Source: Octopus sinensis (Eukaryota). Taken from it: a stretch of DNA of 64,000 nucleotides. A program made the position numbers and the translations under genes. The stretch covers positions 47,554,001 to 47,618,000 of the forward strand of contig NC_043014.1 of assembly GCF_006345805.1 (NCBI RefSeq), read 5' to 3'. Under the pieces are notes generated by a model. It did not search any database, was not told the DNA's origin, and was given only the letters and a program-made list of their open reading frames with translations. Shown piece after piece: positions 38,446 through 50,083 of the stretch (position 1 is the first letter of the stretch; the number at the start of each line of letters is the position of its first letter).

Positions 38446-38612
38446 CTTTGCTAAATGCTCCCTTGTCGTTGTTTTCATACCAAAATCGGTCCCCTTTTTT
38501 CAGAACCTGGAACTGTTCAGCAATGATTTTGCCAAATGTGAGACCAACTTTCCCGCCTAAGACAGGAATCTCGGAAATTCCAGCAGTCCACAGATCAATG
38601 TCATAGATATTC
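38446..38612 (-). CDS. Peroxidase-like exon (KGD motif)
   Basis: caacag| NIYDIDLWTAGISEIPVLGGKVGLTFGKIIAEQFQVLKKGDRFWYENNDKGAFSK |gtaatt. Confidence 0.93.
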
Positions 38613-38641
38613 CTGTTGAATAAACATAAATGTAAATTATG

Positions 38642-38674
<33 letters not shown>

Positions 38675-38889
38675 ATAAATATATATACAGTGTGTTTGGG
38701 TCCAATTTAATGATATTTTTATGCCTCTTTTTCTGAAAAACAGCTTGATGTATTGGTGCACAGTCAATGACATTGAAGAGCATTAAGATTAAAGATGTAG
38801 TTGAGAAAAGTTACCTCTCATGGAATACTGGAGACCGTTTGAATATTGGGAGAAATTTACTTGTATCATGATAATTCACTCCAGGTATC

Positions 38890-39460
38890 AAAATGCTGTC
38901 ACGTGGCCGTTGCCAGCGCCGCCTCGACTGGCTCCAGTGCCGGTGGCACATAAAAAGCACCATCCGAACATGGCCGATGCCAGCGCCACCTTGGCTGGCT
39001 TCTGTGCCGGTGGCACATAAAAAGCACCATCCGAACATGGCCAATGCCAGTGCTGCCTCGACTGGCTCCAGTGCCGGTGGCACATAAAAAGCACCATCCG
39101 AACATGGCCGATACCAGCGCCGCCTTGGCTGGCTTCTGTGCCGGTGGCACATAAAAAGCACCATCAGAACATGGCCAATGCCAGTGCCGCCTCGACTGGC
39201 TCCAGTGCCGGTGGCACGTTAAAAGCACCAACCAATCGTGGCCGATGCCGGACTCCCCTGGCACCTGTGCTGGTGGCACGTAAAAAGCACCCACTACACT
39301 CGCGGAGTGGTTGGCGTTGGGAAGGGCATCCAGCTGTAGAAACACTGCCAGATCAGACTGGAGCCTGGTGCAGCCTCCTGGCTTCCCAGACCCCGGTCGA
39401 ACCGTCCAACCTGTGCTAGCGTGGAAAACGGACGTTAAACGATGATGATGATGATGATTG
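38890..39460 (+). mobile_element. RTE 3'UTR-only copy with 67-bp internal tandem units
   Basis: tggcac..aaaagcacc recurs at 38944, 39011, 39078, 39145 and 39212 (period 67) and the copy ends in (GAT)n. Related copies lie at about 3430, 8330, 8640(-), 9000, 10200, 11690, 14150, 15606(-), 34690, 36660, 37580 and 59810. Confidence 0.8.
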
Positions 39461-39854
39461 ACTGTGGCTCAGTGCTTTGTGAACACTGCAAAAGCTGTAT
39501 GACATGACATGGACAGCTGCAATGGAGACTACAAAGCTGTGATCAGCAGCACAAGACTCAGCAGACTTCGTGTGTCCACATGCCAGCATTCACTCAACAT
39601 TTGCAGGACAAAGTGATGGAAGATCCAAGTAAGAGAATCTTGGCTTTGGCAAGAGAGAGAGATTCTTTTCTTTGTAGTTAGTTCATAGGTGATCTTCTAG
39701 CATATTGGATGTCCACTTAGTGGTTATCTCTATTATACGCATGTATTACAATTTTTCTGAATTTTCAGATTTTTCTATATGCTAGGCTACTGGTTTTAAA
39801 TTGATATTAATTAAATTAATATTCAATTTATTATCACCCTCATTATTTAAATTT

Positions 39855-39888
<34 letters not shown>

Positions 39889-40109
39889 AAATGAGAAAAT
39901 GTAGAAATATACCTAAATCAATCATTTTCTCATATCTCATTTTGTATTATTAATTTATGGTAATAATTTTACCCTTGCCCACATAATACAGTAGATGAAT
40001 TAATTGCATCGCAATTTTTAACATTTATGTATTAGTTTTGTTGGGTACTTCTCTAGCAGTATATTGGATATATGTTATCCCATGGAGGGTTGAATTTACA
40101 ACCCCTATC

Positions 40110-40149
<40 letters not shown>

Positions 40150-40394
40150 GCACAAAGTTTTGTCAGTGAACAGGTCGCGGTCTCAAAGCAACGAAAATAT
40201 TTTGACAAATTAAATTTAAATGTTGAAGTGAATCTAACAGTTTTGTGTGTTTCTTAAATGGCTTATAAACACCTTCCACGCTGCAATTCTTTTCGTTCCA
40301 GCACACGATCTCAGATCAAGTCACTCATTATGCAAGTACATCTCCATAATATATATATATATATATATATATGGTAAATATAAACTACCCCACC

Positions 40395-40446
40395 ACTACC
40401 ATTTCTACAACACTTACCATCAGTACTACTACTTCTACTACTACTT

Positions 40447-40527
<81 letters not shown>

Positions 40528-40532
40528 TTGCT
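40395..40532. repeat. (TAC)n array
   Basis: Directly visible. Confidence 0.95.
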
Positions 40533-40584
40533 ACTGCTGTTCCAATACCACCACTACAGTGGAAAGAATCAAGATGAAACTCAC

Positions 40585-40797
40585 CTGTACATCTGTGAAA
40601 GGCGGGCTTGATTGTCTGTCGAATGGCTTGTCAAAGATTTGAAATTCGACCAATGTGGCTGCCCAGTCTTAATGGTCCACATTGGGTACGACATGATACC
40701 ATGGTCCCGTCCTCGTTGGATGAGATCAGCAGCGAGATCAATCCCTGTTCCAGGAATATTTTCTAAATATTTATTGGTCAGTTCATCTGTTACATAT
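40585..40797 (-). CDS. Peroxidase-like exon
   Basis: ttttag| YVTDELTNKYLENIPGTGIDLAADLIQRGRDHGIMSYPMW...ARLSQMY(R) |gtgagt. Confidence 0.93.
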
Positions 40798-41109
40798 CTA
40801 AAATAGACATAAGGGTTGTTAACTGATATGTTCATGGGGATTTGTAAATTGAGTAACCACACATGGAGTTTCTGCTGGTGCTTTGATTTTTTTTTTAGGT
40901 GTGATATTTATGGCCAACCTGTGGCAAAAGGGAACTGTTGAAAGTGTGACTTATGGTAAAAGGGTCAGTGGAAAATGTGACCAGTGGGAAGGGGGTTGTG
41001 GGAAAGATGGCCAGCAGTAAAGAGCACTGTGGAAATTATGGCCAATTGTGAAGAGAAATATGTGGTCTATGATAAAAGAAATTGTAGGATGTACGATCTG
41101 TGGAAAATG

Positions 41110-41570
41110 TTGGAAAGGAGTCTGTGGAAAAGGAGTTTGTGGGAGAGGAGTCTGTGGGAAAGGAGTCTGTGGGAAAGGAGTCTGTGGGAAAGGAGTCTGT
41201 GGGAAAGGAGTTTGTGGAAAAGGAGTTTGTGGGAGAGGAGTCTGTGGGAAAGGAGTCTGTGGGAAAGAAGTTTGTGGAAAAGGAGTTTGTGAGAAAGAAG
41301 TTTGTGGAAAAGGAGTTTGTGGGAAAGGGGTTTGTGGGGAAGGTGTCTATGGGAAAGGAGACTGTGGGTAAGGAGTCTATGGGAAAGGGGTCGGTAGGGA
41401 AAGGAGTCTGTGGGAAAGGAGTCTGTGGGAAAGGAGTCTGTGGGAAAGAAGTTTGTGGAAAAGGAGTTTGTGGGAAAGGGGTTTGTGGGGAAGGTGTCTG
41501 TGGGTAAGGAGACTGTGGGAAAGGACTCTATGGGAAAGGAGTCTGTAGTAAAGAAGTTTGTGGAAAGCAT
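41110..41570. repeat. 15-bp minisatellite (GGAAAGGAGTCTGTG)n, ~30 units
   Basis: Directly visible. Confidence 0.93.
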
Positions 41571-41661
41571 GACTTGTGGGAAAAGGAACTGCAGAAAATG
41601 TGGCCTCTACTATAATTATGAAATATGATGGTATTAATGAGTATGTTTTAAGTCAAATTAC

Positions 41662-42127
41662 CGATTAACTGTTTGGCTGGGGTCTGTGAGCATTCCTCTA
41701 ATGATTTTACTAGCAACATCCTCATTGCGGTAGAACATGTCTGCACGCAAGAATGTAGAACTCAAGTTGTGATAGGTGTCAATGGTGAAGTTTGATCTTA
41801 TCATCGAAGTGGAATATTGACCAGCAGCTATAGAGAAGACATTAAATACACCAGCTTTTACTTGGCCATCGTATGTTGTATAGCCAGTGTTTCGGACATT
41901 CAGATCATATCTGGCCATCAGCTGCGGACCTAAAATGTGTGGCAAGTACTCGTTGTATGCGATGTGTTGCATCTCGGCAATAACAATACGACGACTCTCC
42001 TGGAAGATTTTCTCATCATCCCATGTTGGGTGCATGCTCGACAGTTGCGTGGCAATACGGTTGTGTTCACGGAGGAATACAGCATGTAGAGACAAGAGCA
42101 ATGGGTTCTCATTCAGACGATCGTCGC
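41662..42127 (-). CDS. Peroxidase-like exon: distal Arg and proximal helix
   Basis: cattaag| (G)DDRLNENPLLLSLHAVFLREHNRIATQL...WDDEKIFQESRRIVIAEMQHIAYNEYLPHILG...NVFSIAAGQYSTSMI...GMLTDPSQTVN(R) |gtaatt. Confidence 0.95.
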
Positions 42128-42227
42128 CTTAATGAAGGATGCGAAAAGAGAAAGAGAGACATATCAAATGAAGAGTTAAACAGAATCAAATGGTACATAA
42201 TATAAATGTATGTGTGTGTGCATACAT

Positions 42228-42265
<38 letters not shown>

Positions 42266-42333
42266 TCATGTATATATGTAGATAAACACATACACACAGA
42301 CATAATTAACATAAATACACACATATGCATATA

Positions 42334-42899
42334 TTGGGTTGTTTGGAAAGTTCGTGCCGATTTATAGTAGCTTACCTTTTGACTTATTTTAGAACATGGT
42401 TGAATCCATAAAATAGGATTTGACTACACCTCCATTTAGAGCACAGTTTAAGCTATCTTTTCGTGGAAGAAGGCTTATGTTGCTATAACCTGTGTTAATT
42501 CTGTAACCCTTTAAAATGGAAGATAAGAAAGTTTATTTTTGGCACTTGATGCTTTGGGAACCAGATAAAAATTGCTGCAGATCGGTTGGGATGTGTTACC
42601 CCACCCTCCATATTCACCAGATATTGCTCCTTCGGATTTCCACTTATTCAGGTCTCTGCAGAATAGTCTTAATGGTAAAAATTTCAATTCCTTGGATGAT
42701 GTAAAAAGATACCTTGATAAATTTTTTGCCATGAAACCACCTCAATTCTGGGAAGAGAGTATTTTCAAGTTAAAGGAAAGATGGAGACGCATTGTGCAAC
42801 AAAATAGTTTGTACTTGGTTGATTAAAAATGTAATGGCAAGTATTTATTGACCTTTTTCTCTCCTTTAAAAATCGGTACATACTTTCCGGACAACCCAA
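42334..42899 (+). mobile_element. Internally deleted mariner transposon
   Basis: TA-flanked ~30-bp TIRs (ttgggttgtttggaaagt.../...actttccggacaacccaa). MEDKKVYFWHLMLWE is joined out of frame to WDVLPHPPYSPDIAPSDFHLFRSLQNSL...LYLVD*. Confidence 0.92.
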
Positions 42900-44190
42900 T
42901 ACTTGTCGATACATACATACACACATACAAACACAAATGTACACCCACATACATGTATACTCAAAGAAATACTCAGATTTTTCACTTTAGGTACATATCT
43001 TTCTGGCCGGAGATACAAAGCCAGTGAGAAGCACTAATCATATCCTTGAAGCAGTGAGAGGTACTACAATGGTAGTGAAGGATACTATAATTGTCCAAAG
43101 ACAGTGATAGCATCAAGGCATGAAGGGGTCTTAAAAGATAATCCTGATTTAGCTTCCGTGTGTTTTCTTTTTTTAATTTTTTAGAAACAGTAGATAAATT
43201 TCTCGCATTTCATACTCTTTTTTTTTTTTTTTACTCTTTTTACGTGTTTCAGTCATTTGACTGCAGCCATGCTGGAGCACCGCCTTTAGTCGAGCAAATC
43301 GACCTCAGGACTTATTCTTTGTAAGACTAGTACTTATTCTGTCGGTCTCTTTTGCCGAACCGCTAAGTGACGGGGACCTAAACACACCAGCATCGGTTGT
43401 CAAGCGAATTTTGGGGGGCACAAACAAAAACACACAAACACACAAACACACACACACACACACACATACACACATACACACATATACACGACGGGCTTCT
43501 TTCAGTTTCCATCTACCAAATCCACTCACAAGGCTTTGGTCAGCCTGAGGCTATAGTAGAAGACACTTGCCCAAGGTGCCACACAGTGGGACTGAACCCA
43601 GTACCATGTAGTTGGTAAGTAAGCTACTTACCACACAACCACTCCTGTGCCTACTAATTATTTTAAAGCAGGACATTCTGATTAATGTGGTCCTAGATGC
43701 ACTCATCATCATCATTGTTGTTGTAGAAGAAAATGCCAGTGGTGTGGATTTGTTTAAGGTGGGCCTCAACCTGCAGGGCTGGATTAAGACCCATCGAGGC
43801 CCTAAGCACCTAAAAGATTTTGGTGCCCCCATAAAAGATTATGTAATTCAAAATATAAACAATAACAAATCATAAAATAAATCTTTATTTTTCAAAACAA
43901 AACAAAACATTACGAGGGAAAATAATGTTTTATTTTTGTCTACTTCCACTTTATTTATATTTGAAAAGTTTCCTCCTACTTTTTTGAATTGCAAAATCTT
44001 TGATCAGATCCTCAAAATTTATCTTAGGTAACACATCTGAAATTGAAAACTACATGGTCATAGACGGGACCTGATGGCTGGAGACCCCAGCATTCAAGGA
44101 TAGCGTGTCTCATTTGAATTAATGCTTCTCAAACACATGTTCAACCTTTCACCTCTGACCTTATGATTAGAGAAAGACAAAAGTTCTTAC

Positions 44191-44304
44191 CTCCTGAGAA
44201 ACAGTAAGTGATGTTCCCATTGACATTCCTCAGTTTACAGTCGGCAACATTGAACAGATCCAAAGGCATCATTCCATCACCTATGGCAGAGGTCTTCATC
44301 TTAC
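44191..44304 (-). CDS. Peroxidase-like exon
   Basis: caccag| (G)KMKTSAIGDGMMPLDLFNVADCKLRNVNGNITYCFSG |gtaaga. Confidence 0.88.
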
Positions 44305-45385
44305 CTGGTGATTAGAGAGGGACTTGTATGAATGGTGGTGGTGGTGGTGGTGGTAGTGATGAAGGTGCTGGTGGTGTTAGCTGTTGTTGTTAAGCAACAA
44401 GACTGGTAAGGGTGATTAGGTGATGGTCTAGGGCTTAGGGGCGGGAGACCCCCAGACCTTGGAAAAAAAAAAAGCTTTGGTCGTCTTGTTGTAGTCGGGG
44501 GGCTCTTCATTGACGCCTGACACCACTGGGAGGTGGCCCTCGAAGTCGCTGGAAATGGAGCTCTCCAGGTCCAAATTCTTGAATGGCTGGTGGTGTTGGT
44601 GCAGATGGTGGTACAAGTCTTGGTGGTGGTGGTATATTGGTGGTGATAGTGTGGTAGTGGTGGTGGTGGTGGTGTGGTGGTGGTGGGGTATTAGTGGTGT
44701 AGGATATTAGAGATTGTGGTGGGGTGTTAGAGATGGATGTGGTAGTATTAGTGGTGGTGGTGGTGGTGGTGGTGGTGGTGGTAATGGTGATAGTGCTAGT
44801 AATAACGGTAATAGTGTTTACAGATGTGGTAATGATGGTTGTAATATTTACATCAACAACAACAGCAGCAATAACGGCAGTAGTAGTACCACTACTACTA
44901 CCTACTGACACTTTGTCAGTTACGAAGACAAGAGTTCCAGTTGATCCAATCAACGGAACAGTCTGCTCATGAAATTAACATTCCAGTGGCTGAATACTCC
45001 CCAGACATGTATACCCTTAAGGTAGTTCTCAGGGGGATTCAGCATGACATAGAATGTGACAAGGCTGACCCTTTGGATTACTGGTACAACTCATTCCAAG
45101 TTCAATGTCAGCAGAATGAAGGAAGGACCAGTGAGATTACTGAAATGCTGGAGCCAAGGCTGTGTGCTGGATGCAAGGGGTAAGATGGAGGAGAACCTCT
45201 ACTAGATTCACCAGTATTGGAGCAACATGAAATAAAGTGTCTTGCTTAAGGATACAACACATTGCTGGGAATTTAACTCATGACCTTACGATCATGAGCT
45301 GAATACCCTCACCATTAAGCCACATGCCTTCACTACTACTACCACTAGAAGTAAATTAGGAAGAAGTAAAAAAAAAACAACTGAC

Positions 45386-45487
45386 CTGCTACCATTGTCC
45401 TCAGTGAGTTTGTGGTTGACTCATCTGAGCCATAGATTTGTGAGACATCGATAAAGTGAGTGTTTTGGTTAAGTTGTTCTCGGGGAC
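45386..45487 (-). CDS. Peroxidase-like exon: Ca2+-binding loop
   Basis: ctcttcaag| (G)PREQLNQNTHFIDVSQIYGSDESTTNSLRTMVA |gtcagt. Confidence 0.92.
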
Positions 45488-46252
45488 CTTGAAGAGAAAA
45501 ACATGATGGTGTTAATGTGATAGTAGTGAAATGCCACTGCCAAGCCCTTGCAATATCACCATGACACCCCCACGACACTATTACAACACTATGACAACAT
45601 CATTAACTAGAATACTGTTATGTTATGATGCCATTATATCTAGGACAAGAGCAACAAGCTGGCAGAAACGTTAGCATGCCAGGTGAAATGCTTAGCAGTT
45701 TTTCATCTGCCATTACGTTCTGAGTTCAAATTCCACTGAGGTCAACTTTGCCTTTCATCCTTTCAGAGTCGATAAATTAAGTACCAGTTACACACTGGGG
45801 TCGATATAATCGACTGGCCCCACCCCAAAATTTCAGGTCTGAATACCTATTTCTTTATTACCCACAAGGGGCTAAACACAGAGGGAACAAACAAGGACAG
45901 ACATAGGTATTAAGTCGATTACATCGACCCCAGTGCGTAACTGGTGCTTAATTTATCAATCCCGAAAGGATGGAAGGCAAAGTCGACCTCGGCGGAATTT
46001 GAACTCAGAACGTAGCGGCAGACGAAATACCGCTAAGCATTTCTGCCAGCTCACCGCCTTACACAATGGTTTCTGTTCCTCTGAACAAGCAAGCTGTGCA
46101 TCACTTCAACTAACCAAACACACATTTTTCTCTTCCTACAAACGTCACATCATTCATCCTAAAAAACCTTATCTAATCCTTCTCCTTCAAGAGTTCCTTC
46201 TTCTCCCACATTCAATCTACAGAATCTTATCAACCTCAACATCACTCTATCC

Positions 46253-47013
46253 CAGTGATTCTCAACCAGGATTCTTATAACCCCGGGGGAGGGCGGGGTG
46301 GCATATGATCCTTGGGTTGGGGTTCATATAAGATTTAGGGAGCCCACACAAGCAAAATAGTAAATTGGGGATCTACAGTAGTATATTAGGGGCTCCATGA
46401 AAAATTTTGATTTCAACATATTTATTGATTTCATATTTTGGCACAAGGCCAGCAATTTCAAGGCAAGAGTAAGTTGATTACATCAACCCCCAGTACTCAA
46501 CAGGTACTTATTTTATTGACCCCAAAAGGATGAAAGGCAAGTTGACCTTGATGGAATTTGAACTTAGAATGTAAAGACGAACAAAATGCCACTAAGTATT
46601 TATCCCTGTGTGCTAATGATTCAGTCAGCTCACCATCTTAAAGGCAGATGAAATGCTGCTGAGAATTTCACCTGGCATGCTAACAATTCTGCCAGCTCAC
46701 TGCCTTCATTAGCAGCATTTATTGTAAGAAACAGCTAAATTTCTTTCTCAAGGCATTTAGATGTGTGCTGGGTGCAAGGGGTAAGATGGAGGAGAACCTC
46801 TACTAGATTCACCAGTAAAGTACAAATTCTTTTGGTCATTATCACCTATTTCAACTTACACAAGTGTAATAATAAGTGTGAATAAAAAAAATAGGAATTT
46901 TGAACGAAGTATCTTTAAAACTCTTTTAAAAACATTGAATGGATGTTGGTGTCCACCAAAATGAAATAGTAATCAAAGGGGTTCATAGGTTAAAAAATGG
47001 TCAGAAACCACTG
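46253..47013. mobile_element. hAT-like non-autonomous element carrying nested SINE and RTE pieces
   Basis: Ends cagtgattctcaacc / ggtcagaaaccactg; the 8-bp flanks ctctatcc and ctgtaacc match at 6 of 8 positions. Confidence 0.5.
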
Positions 47014-47298
47014 CTGTAACCGGTCTGAAATAGCCTACAGACCCATAAAGATCCTTCAGTACTGCCCATCCTTTTTCAACTCAAGTTACCAGATCAAACT
47101 GAGGATGTTGAACTTCACTTCTGAATCTATCAATTATTTGAGGTATGTCTTAATCATTAAAGACTTGTGTCATGAACAGGGTGACCACCACCAGCTGGTC
47201 ATTCTCTTTGCTAGTGTGGACATCCTTCTATAGTTTTACAAAAAATCTTGACTTCACAATAAAACAGATCTTCAGATTTTCAGGAAAACAAGACTTAC

Positions 47299-47420
47299 CA
47301 AGTTTGCAATTCAGTGGAGGAGATGTGGCTGAGCGAGCAAATGACAAACACTTCCTATTGTAGGCTGTAAAGAAGGGGTCGGCTTTACACGTATTAATGG
47401 GCATGCACATGTGACCTGAC
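47299..47420 (-). CDS. Peroxidase-like exon
   Basis: ttcctcag| SGHMCMPINTCKADPFFTAYNRKCLSFARSATSPPLNCKL |gtaagt. Confidence 0.92.
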
Positions 47421-47532
47421 CTGAGGAATAAAAATATTGAGATTAAACAGTGAGTTTGCTAAAATACTATGAAGCTAATTCATATATTCAATACAGTTAC
47501 ATCCTCTGTAATTATTGCGTTGAAACCCCTTT

Positions 47533-47606
47533 GGATAGAAAAGGTCCAATGGCAGAGTGCCTGTCATGTATACAGGAGATGTGGGTTCAAATCCCATAGG
47601 CTGCCT
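47533..47606 (+). pseudogene. Degenerate tRNA-like sequence
   Basis: Anticodon-like stem cctgt/acagg with a 7-nt loop and T-arm gtggg-TTCAAAT-cccat, but the acceptor and D stems do not pair. Confidence 0.4.
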
Positions 47607-47721
47607 TCAACTTTCTCTGTCTAAAAGGGTTTTCAAACTAATATTTTCATGCTATTGTTTATAGCTTTATTTGTTTCAAGATTTGCCATTTCTAAAAAAG
47701 ATTACACACACACATACACAC

Positions 47722-47754
<33 letters not shown>

Positions 47755-47810
47755 TGCACACACACACACACATGCACACACTTCCAGTCCCTTCCTTCTT
47801 TATATATAAA

Positions 47811-48198
47811 CTAGCAGTATTGCCTGGCATTGCTCAGGTTTGTTTCGACCCATTAAAATTTGAATTTTTGAAAAGTAAAAATGTTGCATTATGTAGCTTG
47901 TTATTCTCTTTAAGTGAACATTTTTCTGGTTGAAATACACCGGAAAATAGCGACACAGTAGTAAAAAAAATCGTAAAAAATAGGGATTTCATAGAAAAAA
48001 AGCACCCTTTTGATGTAAATTTTTGGTGTTAACATGGTCCGATTTGAATTTTTTCTTCTACGGAATGAAGAGCAAGCCTTCTTCTATCATACTATCAATT
48101 TTGGTCAACTTGCATTGCAGGGTCTCGGAGGAGATAGTGTTAGTTGAAGGCTACAAACCTGCCATACACAGACAACTTCAGCTTTATATATAGAGAGA
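47811..48198 (-). mobile_element. Non-autonomous Helitron (variant)
   Basis: ctagcagtattgcctggcattgctcaggtttg 3' end; 5' end TCTCTCTATATATAAA like 26988-27357. Confidence 0.7.
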
Positions 48199-48329
48199 TA
48201 TGATACTTGGGTGTATTCCTTTCTGCTGTCACATACTTATATGCATGTATGTATTTGTGAGTTGCATATGTGTGTATATATGTGGGGTGTGTATATAAAT
48301 ATATTTGTGTGGTTACATATGTAGATATG

Positions 48330-49300
48330 AATTCTTGCTAAGATGCCAGCTGGCAAGTGTTTGCCCAACTCTGCTTCTCAGGTGTTGACAACTGTCCCCA
48401 AACCAGCCTCCCTTTCTTCCTTCCAAGTCCACAGCTTTTCTTTCCAAGTTCAATGTCAGCAGAATGACGGAAGGACCAGTGAGATTACTGAAATGCTGGA
48501 GCCAAGGCATTTAGATGTGTGCTGGGTGCAAGGGGTAAGATGGAGGAGAACCTCTACTAGATTCACCAGTAAAGTACAAATTCTAAAGGTCATTATCATC
48601 CTTGGAAACGGGAGGAGATTGGTCATAGGAAGGGTATCCAGATGTAGAAAACGTAGCCCCAACATGTTTTTGTTAGCCTAATACAAACACAGAAAAGAGG
48701 AAATTAAAATTATAAGGTCACAGAGAGGATCATAGCCCATCTCGTTAGGGAGAGAGTCTGCTTAGATGAGATGCAGTTCGGTTTTGTACCGGGTAGAAGC
48801 ACCACTGATGCCATATTCCTGGTTCGACAACTGCAGGAGAAATACATAGCTAAAGATAAACCCCTCTACTTAGCTTTTGTGCACTTGGAGAAAGCTTTTG
48901 ACAGGGTCCATGATCCCTTATCTGGTGGGCAATGCGGAAACTGGAGATTGACAAATGGTTAATAAGGGAAATTGTAGTTGTGATGCTCGTGCTGGTGGCA
49001 CATAAAAAGCACCATCTGAACATGGCCGATGCCAGCGCCATCTTGGCTGGCTTCTGTGCCGGTGGCACGTAAAGAGCACCAAGTGATCATTGCCGCTGCC
49101 AGCCTCCCCTGGCACCTGTGCTGGTGGCACGTAAAAAGCACCCACTACACTCACGGAATGGTTGGCATTAGGAAGGGCAGCCAGCTGTAGAAACACTGCC
49201 AGATCAGACTGGAGCCTGGTGCAGCCTCCCGGCTTCCCAGACCCCGGTCGAACTGTCCAACACATGGAAAACGGACATTAAACGATGATGATGATGATAC
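48330..49300 (+). mobile_element. Internally deleted RTE LINE (APE start + RT fragment + 3'UTR)
   Basis: LDVCWVQGVRWR, then QFGFVPGRSTTDAIFLVRQLQEKYIAKDKPLYLAFVHLEKAFDRV, then the same 3'UTR and (GAT)n. Confidence 0.82.
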
Positions 49301-49302
49301 TG

Positions 49303-49346
<44 letters not shown>

Positions 49347-50040
49347 TATGCATATTTAGTGTTAACTGTTGGAACACCAGCTCGGAAAGCAGATGTTGAA
49401 GGATAATGATAATGATGACAATGATGATGATGATTCTATTTTGGTCAAGCCAGTCTCTTGCTACTCTGAGTTTCACTTCTAGGTGTATAGTGTATCTACA
49501 AGTGAGACTCAAAGTAGCAAGAGACTGATACCATCAAAATATAAATCATATTATACACATGTGTGTAGGAATGCAATCATCTATGTGTGTGTGTGTGAAT
49601 GTTAGGAGGAGCACTCCGTCGGTTGCGACGATGAGGGTCCCAGCCGATACGATCAACGGAACAGCTTGCTCGTGATATTAACGTGCAAGTGGCTGAGCAC
49701 TCCACAGACACGTGTACCCTTAACGTAGTTCTCGAGGAGATTCAGCGTGACACAGAGTGTGACAAGGCTGGCCCCTTTGAAATACAGGTACAAGAGAAAC
49801 AGGAAGAAAGAGCGAGAGAAAGTTGTGGTGAAAGAGTACAGCAGGGTTCACCACCACCCCCTGCCGGAGCCTCGTGGAGCTTTTAGGTGTTTTCGCTCAA
49901 TAAACACTCACAATGCCCGGTCTGGGAATCGAAACCGCGATCCTCCGACCGCGAGTCCGCTGCCCTAACCACTGGGCCACATGTGTGAATGTAATGTGTG
50001 TATTTTTACATGTATTTATGTAAGTGTATATTTTACTTAC

Positions 50041-50083
50041 ATGAATCCGAATTTGCAACAGTCGTATCTTTTGCCAGTTGATG
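50041..50083 (-). CDS. Peroxidase-like 43-nt exon (CC motif)
   Basis: ttttctatttcag| (A)STGKRYDCCKFGF(M) |gtaagt; supplies the expected CC motif and the required phase 1 to 2 change. Confidence 0.85.

Noticed and set aside
40984-41628. Collagen-like or repeat-protein ORFs (GKGVC)n and (GKESV)n
   Set aside because: Products of the 15-bp minisatellite, between two phase-matched exons.
47533-47606. Functional tRNA gene
   Set aside because: Acceptor and D stems do not pair and position 33 is not U; kept only as a tRNA-like relic. SINE heads were likewise not called as tRNAs.
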